A stretch of DNA of 64,000 nt from Gemmatimonas sp. (GTDB lineage: Bacteria > Gemmatimonadota > Gemmatimonadetes > Gemmatimonadales > Gemmatimonadaceae): contig OZ257156.1 of NCBI GenBank assembly GCA_965279375.1, forward strand, positions 3,744,001 through 3,808,000. The letters run 5' to 3'. The translations under genes were made by a program, and so were the position numbers. The notes under the pieces are model-generated. The model was given only the letters and a program-made list of their open reading frames with translations. It did no database searches and was not told the DNA's origin. Positions 17,503-30,726 of the stretch are shown here, one piece after another; position 1 is the first letter of the stretch; every line of letters starts with the position of its first letter.

Positions 17503-18743
17503 TCTGCGAGCACTCCCTCATCGGCTTCCGCGAAGCGCGCGCGAAGTCGCGCAGTCAGCGTGGGCCCCAGATAAATCTCCGCCACCGTGTCGTCATAGAC
17601 GAGTTCACGAACCGTGCCAGAAACTTTCACCTGCCCGTCGAACATGATGTACGCGCGATCGACAATGTCCAGTGTCTGTTCAACATTGTGATCGCTGATC
17701 AAGACGCCAATACCACGGTGTCGCAAATCGGACACGATGGACTGGATGTCGTGCACGGCGATCGGATCGACGCCGGCAAACGGTTCATCCAGCATCATGA
17801 ACTTAGGCTGCGTCACGAGCGCGCGTGTGATTTCGAGGCGCCGCCGTTCACCACCGGAAAGCTGAAACGCGCGACTGTGTCGTAAGCGCTTGATACCGAG
17901 CTCGTCGAGGAGCGTCTCCAAACGCGTCGCGCGTTCTTCGGCCGAGATCGGCAAGGTCTCGAGAATCGCGAGGATGTTTTGCTCGACCGTGAGCTTGCGG
18001 AAGATCGACGGCTCCTGCGAGAGGTAGCCGATTCCCTGCCGCGCTCGCTGATACATCGGCATGTTCGTGATGTCCTTGCCGTCGAGCTCAATGCGCCCGG
18101 ACTGCGGCTCGATCAATCCCACGAGCATGTAGAACGTCGTCGTCTTGCCCGCACCGTTGGGGCCCAGCAGCCCGACGATTTCACCCTGCGCCACCCGGAG
18201 CGCCACGTCGTGTACCACGCGCCGTCCGCGATAGACCTTGACCAGCCCTTCGGCGGAGAGGATGGACGGATTCTCGATCGGCGCCGACGGCGTGGGGGGC
18301 TGCGTCCGCGCGGGCACCGGGTACTCTCCGGTCAGCTTGAGCGCCTGACTCACCTCGCCTCGGCGATCCGCGAGCGATGCCCACAGTCCAGCTTCCACGG
18401 CCACCGGGGTATCCGGGTTGGTCGGCGCATCGGCCGACCACACCACCGCGCCGGGCTCGGCCAGCCGCGGGAGAATGGCCGTGGCCAGATGGCTCCGTAC
18501 TTCCTCGGGGGATAGCCGCGCCGATTCTGCGGAAATGTCCCGTCCTTCGGCCTGCAGGCGCGCCAATAGGGACTCCCGATAGCGCGTCGCCACGGCGTGC
18601 AGCGGTGCGCGCCCGTCGGCGTCGGCGACGTCGAAGAGGGCCGCGAGCGCCGCTGCGAGAGAGCGGTCGCCGTGGGCGTAGCGCGCCACGAGCGAGGCGA
18701 TCGGATCGCTACCAGAGGGCACGGCGGACTGGGAGTCGGTCAT
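17499..18743 (-). CDS. lptB: LPS export ABC ATPase LptB with about 160-aa N-terminal extension
   Basis: [47 protein letters not shown] overlap with the upstream stop. Confidence 0.93.
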   Translation of the reverse strand: MTDSQSAVPSGSDPIASLVARYAHGDRSLAAALAALFDVADADGRAPLHAVATRYRESLLARLQAEGRDISAESARLSPEEVRSHLATAILPRLAEPGAVVWSADAPTNPDTPVAVEAGLWASLADRRGEVSQALKLTGEYPVPARTQPPTPSAPIENPSILSAEGLVKVYRGRRVVHDVALRVAQGEIVGLLGPNGAGKTTTFYMLVGLIEPQSGRIELDGKDITNMPMYQRARQGIGYLSQEPSIFRKLTVEQNILAILETLPISAEERATRLETLLDELGIKRLRHSRAFQLSGGERRRLEITRALVTQPKFMMLDEPFAGVDPIAVHDIQSIVSDLRHRGIGVLISDHNVEQTLDIVDRAYIMFDGQVKVSGTVRELVYDDTVAEIYLGPTLTARLRARFAEADEGVLAE

Positions 18744-20458
18744 GAACGGCGACGCGGGACGGAAGAAAGCACGGTGGCCGGCTCCGGTGCGACGAGTGGA
18801 CGTGGCGTCGGAAACGGTCGAACTGGGACGGAAGCGGATGCCTGCGAGAGACGCTGTGACGGCGGTCGCGAAGCTCGGCCAGATCCCGCGGGCGGACGGC
18901 GAGTTCCTCGACGCTTCGTGGTATCCGACAGACTGTCGGCGGCGGGTTCGAGATACACACCGGACGCGGTCGAATCGATGGACACGTCCCGGATCTGTCC
19001 GCTGTCGAACTGGACCAGGATGTTCTTCCCGCGCGAGTAGTTCAGCGCTGGTGGAAAGGTCGGCCCCTGGCGCGAGGCAACCTGGAAGAGCGAGCTGGCG
19101 TTGCCGAGCGCTTCGATCTGGCGAATGGCGGGCTGCGAGGTGTCGCCCTTGAACTTGGCGCTGTCGAACCGCGCGATGACCGTATCACCGCGCAGGAGGT
19201 CGCGATCCTCCGACTTGATCTTGAGCGTGTCGGGGATGCCGGTAGCGACAGCCGTGCCGATGGCGCGCAACTCACTGACGCGCTGGTCGGGCATGACGAT
19301 GTGCAGCGAGTCGGCGACGACGTCCTGCTGCGGCGTATGCGCCTTCGATCGCCCGCCGTAGGCAAACGCTTCTGACAGCTTCTGCGCGACCAAGCGCAGA
19401 TCGATGCGCTCGGCCTGCAGCGTCACGTCACTGTTGATCGCGGTGGCGTTGTGCAGTGCGAGGACGCGTTCCAGCTTGCGGTCCTTGCTGAACAGATCGA
19501 TCGTGTCGCCGTTCATCGTGAACTTCTTGGCCGAGTCGTTGTTCACGATCGACGCTTTGCGGATCAGTCGCGCGACTTCGGTGGTCTTGTTGAACGCGGC
19601 GGAGTCCGAACGCCCCGTCAGCCCCTGTCGCGTGATGACGACGCTCCCGATGCCGTAGAGCAAGCTGTCGCCGATGTCGATCATCGTCGCTGCGTTGAGT
19701 CGCACCGGTACGCCGGGTTTGCCCGTGCTGTCCTTCTCGATGATCGTTGCCGTCGGGTTGTTGGGCGCCACGAGCTTTGATTCGGTGCGCACGCCCACCA
19801 TCGGCCGAAAGTATTCGATGCTCGGCCCGGTGAACATGCTGCCACTGCCAGTCTGCGTGGCGATGACGCCACCGTCGGCAAAGAGCCGCTCCTCACGCGT
19901 GAAGTACGTCGCGTGCGTCGACTGAATGCGCATCTTTCCCGGCTCTTCGTACGTGACGTTGCCGAAGAGATTGAGAATGCCCGCGAGTTGAAAGTGCTCC
20001 GCGCTGTCGGCGCGGATGCGGTTGTTCTCACCCTGGCATCGTCCGACCAGCCCGCCGCCAATGAAGGTCGTGGCGTTGGTGCTGTCGATGCGCTGGTAGG
20101 TAAGGCGAGTTTCCGGCGGTGACTCGGAGAAGTCGAGCACGCACTGTTTGGCGGCCGGTGCCTTTCGTGGCTTCTTGGCATCGGCGGCGGCCTTCGCCTG
20201 TGCGGCGGAGTCCTTCGCGCTGACGACTTTAACCGGCTCCTTCTTCGCCGAGTCGGCAGCGACCTTCAGCGAGTCTTGCATCTTGGTGCTATCGGCGCGC
20301 GCCGCCACGGAATCGGGATTCGCAGCCGGTGCTGCGGCCGCTGGCGGTGGCGTCTTGGGCGGCGTCGCCGTGCCGCGCGCGCGTCCCACGAAGCACCCCG
20401 CGAACGCAGGGAGCAGCAGGACGGCGAGCAGCTGAGCGCAGCGACGGCGAGCGGTCAT
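18740..20458 (-). CDS. Large LptA/OstA-like beta-jellyroll lipoprotein
   Basis: Occupies the lptA position between lptC and lptB; lipobox FAG-C22; repeated short beta-strand patterns (ADS, GNV, GDTI). Confidence 0.7.
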   Translation of the reverse strand: MTARRRCAQLLAVLLLPAFAGCFVGRARGTATPPKTPPPAAAAPAANPDSVAARADSTKMQDSLKVAADSAKKEPVKVVSAKDSAAQAKAAADAKKPRKAPAAKQCVLDFSESPPETRLTYQRIDSTNATTFIGGGLVGRCQGENNRIRADSAEHFQLAGILNLFGNVTYEEPGKMRIQSTHATYFTREERLFADGGVIATQTGSGSMFTGPSIEYFRPMVGVRTESKLVAPNNPTATIIEKDSTGKPGVPVRLNAATMIDIGDSLLYGIGSVVITRQGLTGRSDSAAFNKTTEVARLIRKASIVNNDSAKKFTMNGDTIDLFSKDRKLERVLALHNATAINSDVTLQAERIDLRLVAQKLSEAFAYGGRSKAHTPQQDVVADSLHIVMPDQRVSELRAIGTAVATGIPDTLKIKSEDRDLLRGDTVIARFDSAKFKGDTSQPAIRQIEALGNASSLFQVASRQGPTFPPALNYSRGKNILVQFDSGQIRDVSIDSTASGVYLEPAADSLSDTTKRRGTRRPPAGSGRASRPPSQRLSQASASVPVRPFPTPRPLVAPEPATVLSSVPRRRS

Positions 20459-20461
20459 CGG

Positions 20462-21034
20462 TTACTTGGTGGGGAGCTTGACCGGCGCGATCATCTTGCA
20501 GGCGCGAAGGCACTTGAAGTTGTGGAACTGCGGATCGGACTCGAAGGCGATACCCGAGAGCTGCCGCGAGGGTTCGACAAGCGTGAAGCTGCTGTCGCTG
20601 AAGATCTGGTTGCGGGCCTGATCGAAGACCAGTTGCGGGGTGGTCAGCCGCTTGCCGTCGTCGCGCACGACCACCACGTCGCCGGTGGCTTCCAGTCGCG
20701 ACAGCCGCGAGTTGTACGCGCCGGCGCGAGCCGTCAGCACACCGTCCTTGATGCCCTGCTTCGTGAAGAACGTCATGTTGACGCGGCGCAGATCGAGCCG
20801 TGCGCCGTCGTCGTAGACGTACATCGTGTCGCTCAGCAAGCGCCCGTTCGAGACGCCCTGGTTGGTCAGCACAGTGCTGCCGCCAAAAATCATCTGGTCG
20901 GCGGAGTCAGGGAGTGCGGACTTCTTGGCGCGTGCCGTGACGGGTGAGGCCTTGGCCTTGCCGGGGCACTTGGCGGCGCCGAGGAGCGAAATCGAGAGGA
21001 GCAGCAGCCCCGCGCGCGACACGAAGCGACTCAT
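20462..21034 (-). CDS. lptC: LPS export protein LptC
   Basis: After kdsD; jellyroll pattern LTARAGAY..LEATGDVVV..LTTPQLVFD..IFSD. Confidence 0.85.
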   Translation of the reverse strand: MSRFVSRAGLLLLSISLLGAAKCPGKAKASPVTARAKKSALPDSADQMIFGGSTVLTNQGVSNGRLLSDTMYVYDDGARLDLRRVNMTFFTKQGIKDGVLTARAGAYNSRLSRLEATGDVVVVRDDGKRLTTPQLVFDQARNQIFSDSSFTLVEPSRQLSGIAFESDPQFHNFKCLRACKMIAPVKLPTK

Positions 21035-22002
21035 ACGGCCCCGGCGCGCATCAGGTCGTGCAGATGCACCACGCCGACCAGCTGACCTGCGTCATTCGTG
21101 ACAGGCATCGCCATGATGCCGAACGTTTCCATGCGATGCACCACAGCACTCCCCAATTCATGGTCGCGCGCCATGCGCGGCGACTCGGACATGACACGCG
21201 ACACCGGCACCGACAACACGTCCCGCTCCCGTTCGAGCAGACGTGTGAGATCGCCTGCGGTGACGACACCGGCCACGCGATCCTGTTCCACGACGATGGC
21301 GATTCCGCGGCGTTCGGCCAGCACGATGACGGCATCGCGCATGGTCGCCTCGCGCGGCAATATCGGCATCGGATCGGTGAGCATCACATCGACGACCCGC
21401 GTGAGCAGTCTGCGCCCAAGCGCGCCACCCGGATGCAGGCGTGCGAAGTCTTCCTTGCGGAAGCCCTTTTCCTGCAACAGGGCCACGGCCAGCGCATCGC
21501 CCAGCGCAATGGTGACCGTCGTGCTCGTGGTTGGCGCCAGATCGTGCGGACATGCTTCCTCGCGCACGCCCAGATCGAGCGTGACCTCGGCCGCCCGACC
21601 GAGTCGCGACGTGGGCTCGGAGGTCATCGCAATCATGTGCACGCCCATGCGCGCCAATGCGTCGATGAGGCCGAGTAGTTCGTCGCTTTCGCCGCTCTTG
21701 GAGATGAGAATGGCGACGTCGTCTGCGCCCACGATTCCCAGGTCACCGTGCACGCTCTCGACCGGATGGAGGAACATCGCCGGCGTGCCCGTGGAAGTGA
21801 ACGTCGCGGCCATCTTGCGGCCGACCAGTCCCGACTTGCCCACGCCGGCCACGATCACGCGTCCCTTGCAGGCGGCCAGCAGCTGCACGGCCCGCACGAA
21901 GTGCGCGTCGAGCGCGTTCGCCGTCCGGTCGAGTGCGACCGACTCCTGCGACAGCACGCGCCGTCCGTGCTCGAGAATGCGCTCGTGTTGTTCGGCGGTC
22001 AC
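21031..22002 (-). CDS. kdsD: Arabinose-5-phosphate isomerase (KpsF/GutQ family)
   Basis: GVGKSG, HGDLG, EACPHDLAPTTST, HPGGALG, C-terminal CBS pair. Confidence 0.95.
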   Translation of the reverse strand: MTAEQHERILEHGRRVLSQESVALDRTANALDAHFVRAVQLLAACKGRVIVAGVGKSGLVGRKMAATFTSTGTPAMFLHPVESVHGDLGIVGADDVAILISKSGESDELLGLIDALARMGVHMIAMTSEPTSRLGRAAEVTLDLGVREEACPHDLAPTTSTTVTIALGDALAVALLQEKGFRKEDFARLHPGGALGRRLLTRVVDVMLTDPMPILPREATMRDAVIVLAERRGIAIVVEQDRVAGVVTAGDLTRLLERERDVLSVPVSRVMSESPRMARDHELGSAVVHRMETFGIMAMPVTNDAGQLVGVVHLHDLMRAGAV

Positions 22003-22631
22003 AGTGTTGCGCCCTCGACGCGACGACTCGCGACGTAGCGTTCAACGAGATCGGACCATTCACCGCGCGCGTGTAGCAACGCTTCGGCGAACTCGCGCAC
22101 GGCGCCGTGGCCGCCGCGCGCGGTGAGGTGTAGTCGCGTGTCGCGGAGGACTTCGGGCGCGGCGTTGCCGACGGCAACAGGCAACGCGACCTCGCGCAGG
22201 ACGGCCAGATCGGGAAGATCGTCGCCAACAAACGCGACCTCCTCAATGGTGCAGCCGAACTGCTGCATGATGCGATGCAGCGCCGGGAGTTTGCGCGCCT
22301 CGGGGTCCTGCACCAGCGCGGCCACCTTCAGCTCGCGCGCACGCATCGCGACACTTTCCGACACGCGACCGGTGATGATCACGACGAGTAGGCCGGCCTC
22401 GCGCAGCATCGCCATGCCGAGTCCGTCCTGAACGTCGAATCGCTTCAACTCAAACGGGTGAAGGGCGTCGCCTTCTCCGCGGGTGGCACCGAGGTACACG
22501 CCTCCGTCGGTGAGCACGCCGTCCACGTCGAACACCACCATGCGAATCCGACGCGCGAGCGCGGGATCGATGCGCGGCGTGTGTACGGTCAACGGTGGCA
22601 GGACATCCTGCTCCACATCGGCGTCGGTCAT
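21999..22631 (-). CDS. kdsC: KDO 8-phosphate phosphatase
   Basis: DVDGVLTDG, FDVQDG, GDDLPD, GGHGAVRE. Confidence 0.95.
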   Translation of the reverse strand: MTDADVEQDVLPPLTVHTPRIDPALARRIRMVVFDVDGVLTDGGVYLGATRGEGDALHPFELKRFDVQDGLGMAMLREAGLLVVIITGRVSESVAMRARELKVAALVQDPEARKLPALHRIMQQFGCTIEEVAFVGDDLPDLAVLREVALPVAVGNAAPEVLRDTRLHLTARGGHGAVREFAEALLHARGEWSDLVERYVASRRVEGATL

Positions 22632-23467
22632 GCGCGAACGCGATCCCAGATGTCGACGGCACGCCGGATCAGATCCGACAGCGCTTCGAGCTGCAGCATG
22701 TTGGGTCCGTCGCTCGGCGCATGATCCGGATCCGGATGCGTCTCGAGAAAGAGCCCTTGTGCACCGGCCGCAATTGCCGCGAGCGTCAGCGGCGGAATGA
22801 ATTCTCGCGCGCCACCGCTGGTCCCGCCGGCGCCAAGTCCTGGGCGCTGCACGCTGTGCGTGCCGTCGAAGATGACCGGTACATCACACGCCTCGCGCAT
22901 GCGCGCGAAGGCGCGCATGTCGACCACGAGATCACCATAACCGAAGAACGTGCCCCGCTCGGTGACTGCGAGTTCGCCGCTCGCGACGCCCGCCATCGTC
23001 GCACCCGCTTCAACTTTGCGCGTGGCGCCGCGCATGCCTTCCGGGTGCATCCACTGCCCCTTCTTCACATTCACGGCCTTGCCTGTGGCACCTGCGGCCA
23101 AGAGCAGGTCCGTCTGGCGGCAGAGAAACGCGGGGATCTGCAGCACATCGACCACCTGCGCTGCCGCCGCACACTGCGCTGCCTCATGCACGTCGGTGAG
23201 AATGGGCAGACCTGTCGCCGTGCGCACACGATCGAGCGCGGCGAGTCCGGCGTCGATACCAAGTCCACGCACGCCATCGAGATTGGACCGATTGGCCTTG
23301 TCGAAGCTCGCCTTGTAGATGATGCCGCCCGGCACATGCTCCGCCAAACGCGCCAGCGCTTCGCCGACGCGCAGGTTGAGTGCATCGTCTTCGAGCTGAC
23401 ACGGTCCCGCGATCAGAAAAAGCTGATCGTCAGGAAAGCGACGGACTGCTGTCGATGGCGTGGTCAC
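22628..23467 (-). CDS. kdsA: KDO 8-phosphate synthase
   Basis: IAGPC, KASFDKANRS, QIPAFLCRQTDL, FDGTHSVQ; GTG at 23467. Confidence 0.97.
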   Translation of the reverse strand: MTTPSTAVRRFPDDQLFLIAGPCQLEDDALNLRVGEALARLAEHVPGGIIYKASFDKANRSNLDGVRGLGIDAGLAALDRVRTATGLPILTDVHEAAQCAAAAQVVDVLQIPAFLCRQTDLLLAAGATGKAVNVKKGQWMHPEGMRGATRKVEAGATMAGVASGELAVTERGTFFGYGDLVVDMRAFARMREACDVPVIFDGTHSVQRPGLGAGGTSGGAREFIPPLTLAAIAAGAQGLFLETHPDPDHAPSDGPNMLQLEALSDLIRRAVDIWDRVRA

Positions 23468-23468
23468 G

Positions 23469-25957
<2,489 letters not shown>

Positions 25958-25983
25958 CAACGAGTCGCGAGAGGCGTGTTTGC

Positions 25984-26000
25984 AGCAAAATTCACGCCAG
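25984..26000 (-). promoter_or_regulatory. Sigma-54 -24/-12 element upstream of kdsB
   Basis: Minus strand CTGGCGTGAATTTTGCT: GG-N10-GC spacing, close to consensus YTGGCACGNNNNTTGCW. Confidence 0.65.
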
Positions 26001-26002
26001 TT

Positions 26003-26031
26003 AAGATACGAAGACGGCTGCTCGAAGGCAA
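26003..26031 (-). promoter_or_regulatory. Putative sigma-70 promoter of the kdsB...rpoN operon
   Basis: TTGCCT-N17-TATCTT on the minus strand. Confidence 0.55.
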
Positions 26032-26058
26032 ACGACCGGTCAGTAATTCACATTTTCC

Positions 26059-27004
26059 ATGGGCGGCATGCCGACACTCGGGTGGTGGGTAGGATTCAAC
26101 GCGCTGATCCTTGTGCTCCTTGCACTCGATCTGGGCGTCTTCAACCGAAAGGCCCACGCGGTGTCGGTGAAGGAAGCGCTCGGCTGGAGCGCGGTCTGGA
26201 TCAGTCTGGCCGTGGCCTTTGGCATCGGCATCGGCGTGACGATGGGGCGACAGTCGGCACTGGAGTTCTTCGCCGGCTATCTCGTCGAAGAGGCGCTGTC
26301 CGTCGACAACCTGTTCGTCTTCATCCTGATCTTCGGCTACTTCAAGATTGCCCCGACGCTCCAGCATCGTGTGCTGTTCTGGGGCATTCTGGGCGCGCTG
26401 CTCATGCGCGGCGCGATGATCGGCGCCGGTGCGCTCCTGCTCGAACGCTTTCACTGGATCATCTACGTCTTCGGTGCATTTCTCGTCGTGACGGGCATTC
26501 GTATGGCGTTTGGCGGCGGCTCCGAAATCGAGCCCGAGTCGAACCCCGTCATCCGGTTCGTGCGACGCGTGGTGCCACTCACCACACAGTTTCGCGGCGA
26601 GAAATTCTTCGTGCGTGAGGCGCTGACACCCGGGGGCGCGGTGCGTCTGGTGGCGACGCCGCTGTTCGTGGTGCTCGTGCTGGTGGAAACGACCGACGTG
26701 GTGTTCGCGCTCGACTCCATTCCCGCCGTGTTCGGCGTGACGCGCAACCCATTCCTCGTCTATACATCCAACGTATTCGCCATTCTCGGCCTGCGTTCGC
26801 TCTACTTCGTGCTCGCCGGCGTGATGGGCAAGTTCCATCTGCTCAAGTATGGACTGGCGGTCGTGCTCGCATTCGTGGGCGCCAAGATGCTCTTGTCCGA
26901 GGCGTACCCGATTCCCATCGGAATCGCGCTGGGTGTCGTGGCGGGCGTGCTTGCCTTGAGCGTCGTGCTCTCGCTCGTGATCAAGCCCAAGGGCGAGGAG
27001 CCGA

Positions 27005-27018
<14 letters not shown>
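26059..27018 (+). CDS. TerC/Alx family membrane protein
   Basis: [56 protein letters not shown]. Confidence 0.95.
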
Positions 27019-27607
<589 letters not shown>

Positions 27608-27641
27608 GGCGCTCTCGCGGGGGCTCGGAGGTCGGGCTGAT

Positions 27642-28571
27642 TCAGGCGCGCGGGTGGAACTGGCGGTGCACCGTTCGAAGATACTCGCGATCCACGTGTG
27701 TGTAGATCTGCGTGGTGGCGATGTCGGCGTGGCCGAGCATCTCCTGCACCGCGCGAAGATCAGCGCCGCCTTCCAGCAAGTGTGTGGCGAAGGAGTGCCG
27801 CAGCGTGTGCGGCGACACCGGGCGTTCGATGCCGGCCATGGTGACGTACTTCCGCAGGATCTTCCACGCGCCCATGCGTGTGAGCGGACTCCCTTGTGCG
27901 TTCAGGAAGAGGATCCCCTGCCCGTTCCCTCGCTCGAGGACCGGCCGCAATTCGCGCATGTAAACGGCAACGGCGCCGATTGCTGATCTGCCGATGGGGA
28001 CCAGCCGTTCCTTGCTCCCCTTGCCGAAGACCCGAAGCAAACTCTCCTCGAGGAGCACGTCTTTCACCGCCAATCCAATCCACTCGGAAACGCGCAGCCC
28101 AGCGCCGTAGGCCAGCTCCAGCATGGCGCGGTCGCGAAAGGCGAGCTTTTCGTCGAGCCCCGGCGCGGCGAGCAGTTTGGTCACTTCCTCGACCGTGAGC
28201 ACCTCGGGGAGCGAGCGCCAGCGCTGTGGCGAATCGAGGCGTTCCGTGGGATCGTGCGAGACGAGGCCATCGGCCAGCATCACGCGAAACCAGGTGCGCA
28301 GTGCGGAGATGTTGCGCCGAATGGAGGCGCCGGCGAGTCCCAGGTCCTTAAGGTGATAGACGAACTCGCGCAACGCGCCGGGGGTGATGTCGGCAGCGTT
28401 GTTGATGCCCTGTGTCCGCAGGAACACGACGCACCGAATCACGTCGCGGCGATACGCCTCGAGCGTGCGCGGCGACGCGCCGTCTTCGAGCATCAGCGTG
28501 TCTTCGAAGGCGCGCAAATGGAACGCGGTCTGTAACAGCGGGTCGTCGGCGCCGGGCGTTGGGTTGGTCAC
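27642..28571 (-). CDS. xerD: Tyrosine recombinase XerD
   Basis: [58 protein letters not shown] at 28571 overlaps dedA stop. Confidence 0.9.
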   Translation of the reverse strand: MTNPTPGADDPLLQTAFHLRAFEDTLMLEDGASPRTLEAYRRDVIRCVVFLRTQGINNAADITPGALREFVYHLKDLGLAGASIRRNISALRTWFRVMLADGLVSHDPTERLDSPQRWRSLPEVLTVEEVTKLLAAPGLDEKLAFRDRAMLELAYGAGLRVSEWIGLAVKDVLLEESLLRVFGKGSKERLVPIGRSAIGAVAVYMRELRPVLERGNGQGILFLNAQGSPLTRMGAWKILRKYVTMAGIERPVSPHTLRHSFATHLLEGGADLRAVQEMLGHADIATTQIYTHVDREYLRTVHRQFHPRA

Positions 28572-29173
28572 GCGTGTCTCCTGCGACGAATCCAGTAGGC
28601 GATCCCTGCGACAGCCACGAGGGCGACGGCGATCAACCCGATGGTCCGTTGCTGTTCGGCGATGCGATCGAGCAGGACTTCGGCGTTGGCGCCCGCCCGA
28701 AATGCGAGCCAACAGACCAGCCCGTACCAGGCGCCCGAGGCGATGCCCATCGCCAGCGCCGCGCGCACCGCACCCACGCCAAGCGCGCCGGCAACAGGTG
28801 GCACGACCGCGCGTACCGCCGGCAAAAAGCGACTCACCACGACCGCCGCGATCCCCTGCCGATTGAAGCGTTCGACGAACTTGTCGCTCGCGTCGCCTGC
28901 GAAGACCGCGGGCATACGCTTGGCCAGCCACGGCATGCCGTAGCGCTTCCCGACGGCGAACATGAGCATCGCGCCGCCCAGATTGCCCGCCATCGTGGCG
29001 CCCCACGCGCCGAGCGCCGTGCCGTTTCCGCGCGCCGCGACGAAGGCGCCGAGTGCGACGACGGTGTCCGCTGGCAGCGGGGGGAAGATGTTCTCAGCGA
29101 ACGCGGCGAGAAGAATCGCGCCGTAGAGCAGCGGCTCGGGGAGCGAGCCGAGCCAGTTCAGCAGGTCATGCAC
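28568..29173 (-). CDS. DedA family membrane protein
   Basis: ENIFPPLPAD, SRFLPAVR, AGA motifs. Confidence 0.9.
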   Translation of the reverse strand: MHDLLNWLGSLPEPLLYGAILLAAFAENIFPPLPADTVVALGAFVAARGNGTALGAWGATMAGNLGGAMLMFAVGKRYGMPWLAKRMPAVFAGDASDKFVERFNRQGIAAVVVSRFLPAVRAVVPPVAGALGVGAVRAALAMGIASGAWYGLVCWLAFRAGANAEVLLDRIAEQQRTIGLIAVALVAVAGIAYWIRRRRHA

Positions 29174-29660
29174 GAACCAACGTGGCGACCGACATCACCC
29201 CGAGTCCCTCCTCGCGGCCGATCCACCCCATGCCTTCGTTGGTCTTTCCCTTCACGCTCACATCAGCCGGCGTCACCTGCAGCGCCACAGCGAGCCGTTC
29301 GCGAATGGCGGTGCGATGTGGCCCGATCTTGGGGCGCTGCGCGACCACGGTGACGTCGACATTGTTCACGCGCCATCCCGCTTGCTGTACACGCGCCAGC
29401 GCGGCCTCGAGCATGACGATCGAATCCTTGCCCTTGTTCTCCGCTGCCGTATCGGGAAACATCTCGCCGATATCGCCCAGTCCCACCGCACCTAAGATGG
29501 CGTCGGTGACGGCATGGCAGATGGCGTCACCGTCGGAGTGACCGGCGCAGTGCACGTTGGCGGGAATGTCGATGCCGCCGAGGCGCATGGGGCCACCCTC
29601 GCCGAAGCGATGCGAGTCGTAGCCGATACCGGTGCGCATGACGAACGTGGCGTCGCTCAT
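29166..29660 (-). CDS. ispF: 2-C-methyl-D-erythritol 2,4-cyclodiphosphate synthase
   Basis: GIGYDSH, HSDGD, DAILGA..GDIG, KGKTNE. Confidence 0.96.
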   Translation of the reverse strand: MSDATFVMRTGIGYDSHRFGEGGPMRLGGIDIPANVHCAGHSDGDAICHAVTDAILGAVGLGDIGEMFPDTAAENKGKDSIVMLEAALARVQQAGWRVNNVDVTVVAQRPKIGPHRTAIRERLAVALQVTPADVSVKGKTNEGMGWIGREEGLGVMSVATLVRA

Positions 29661-29664
29661 CCGA

Positions 29665-30717
29665 TCAGGCCGCAACCGTCGACAGCGACGGCGTCGTCGC
29701 CGCCTGCGACAGCAGCGAGTAGTCCTGACGACGACGCGCCGGCGTGAAGCCTGCGTCGCGAATGAGTTGATCGAGTTCGTCGGTGGTGGTGCGGTGCGTG
29801 GTGTTGGCCGCCGACACGACGTTCTCTTCGATCATGAGCGAGCCGAAGTCGTTGCAGCCGAACTTGAGCGCCATCTGACCGACCTTCATCCCCATCGTCA
29901 CCCAGCTCGACTGCAAGTTGGGTACGTTGTCGAGCACGATGCGCGCCATCGCAACGGTGCGCAGATACGTGATCGCGTCCGTCTTGGGCATGTGCGACAT
30001 CGTGGGCGTGTTCTCCGGCTGCAGCGGCCACGTGATGAACGCCGTGAAGCCACCAGTGCGCGCCTGCACTTCACGCACGCGCTGCAAGTGCTCGATGCGT
30101 TCGGCCAGCGTTTCGCCGATGCCGTACATCATCGTGACCGAAGTCTTCATGCCTTCCTGGTGCGCGAGCTCCATGATCTCGAGCCAGCGATCGGCGCCCG
30201 CCTTCTTGGGCGCAGCGATGTCACGCACGCGCTGCACGAGAATTTCGCCGCCGCCACCGGGAATGGAGTCGAGTCCCGCCTTCTGCAACTCGCGGATGAC
30301 ATCGCGCGCTTCCATGCGGAATCGCGTCGCGAAGAAGTCCACTTCGCTGGGCGAGAATCCGTGGATGTGGATGGGGTGATTGCGCTTGATGTAGCGCATC
30401 AGATCCAGATACCACTCGAACGGGATATACGGGTTGTGCCCACCCTGAATCAGGATCTGCACGCCGCCCAGCGCCTTCGTCTCTTCGATCTTCTCGCCGA
30501 TCTGCTCGAACGACAGTGTATAGCCTTCCTTGTGCTTCGGGCGCCGATAAAACGCGCAGAAGCCGCAGTCGGCGACGCAGACGTTGGTGTAGTTGATGTT
30601 CCGGTCGACGATGTACGTGACGACGTTCTCCGGATGCTTCTCTATGCGCACGCGGTCGGCCTCGAGTCCGAGTTCGAGCAGCGGTGCGTTGGTATAGAAA
30701 TCGAGCAGATCGCGCAT
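29665..30717 (-). CDS. mqnC: Cyclic dehypoxanthine futalosine synthase
   Basis: RNINYTNVCVADCGFCAF radical SAM motif, SIPGGGGEIL, GSLMIEENVV; clustered with mqnA and mqnE. Confidence 0.9.
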   Translation of the reverse strand: MRDLLDFYTNAPLLELGLEADRVRIEKHPENVVTYIVDRNINYTNVCVADCGFCAFYRRPKHKEGYTLSFEQIGEKIEETKALGGVQILIQGGHNPYIPFEWYLDLMRYIKRNHPIHIHGFSPSEVDFFATRFRMEARDVIRELQKAGLDSIPGGGGEILVQRVRDIAAPKKAGADRWLEIMELAHQEGMKTSVTMMYGIGETLAERIEHLQRVREVQARTGGFTAFITWPLQPENTPTMSHMPKTDAITYLRTVAMARIVLDNVPNLQSSWVTMGMKVGQMALKFGCNDFGSLMIEENVVSAANTTHRTTTDELDQLIRDAGFTPARRRQDYSLLSQAATTPSLSTVAA

Positions 30718-30726
30718 GATGACCCG

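Noticed and set aside
27642..28571. Tyrosine recombinase as a phage or island integrase
   Set aside because: Motifs match XerD, it is coupled to housekeeping genes, and no mobile cargo is adjacent.
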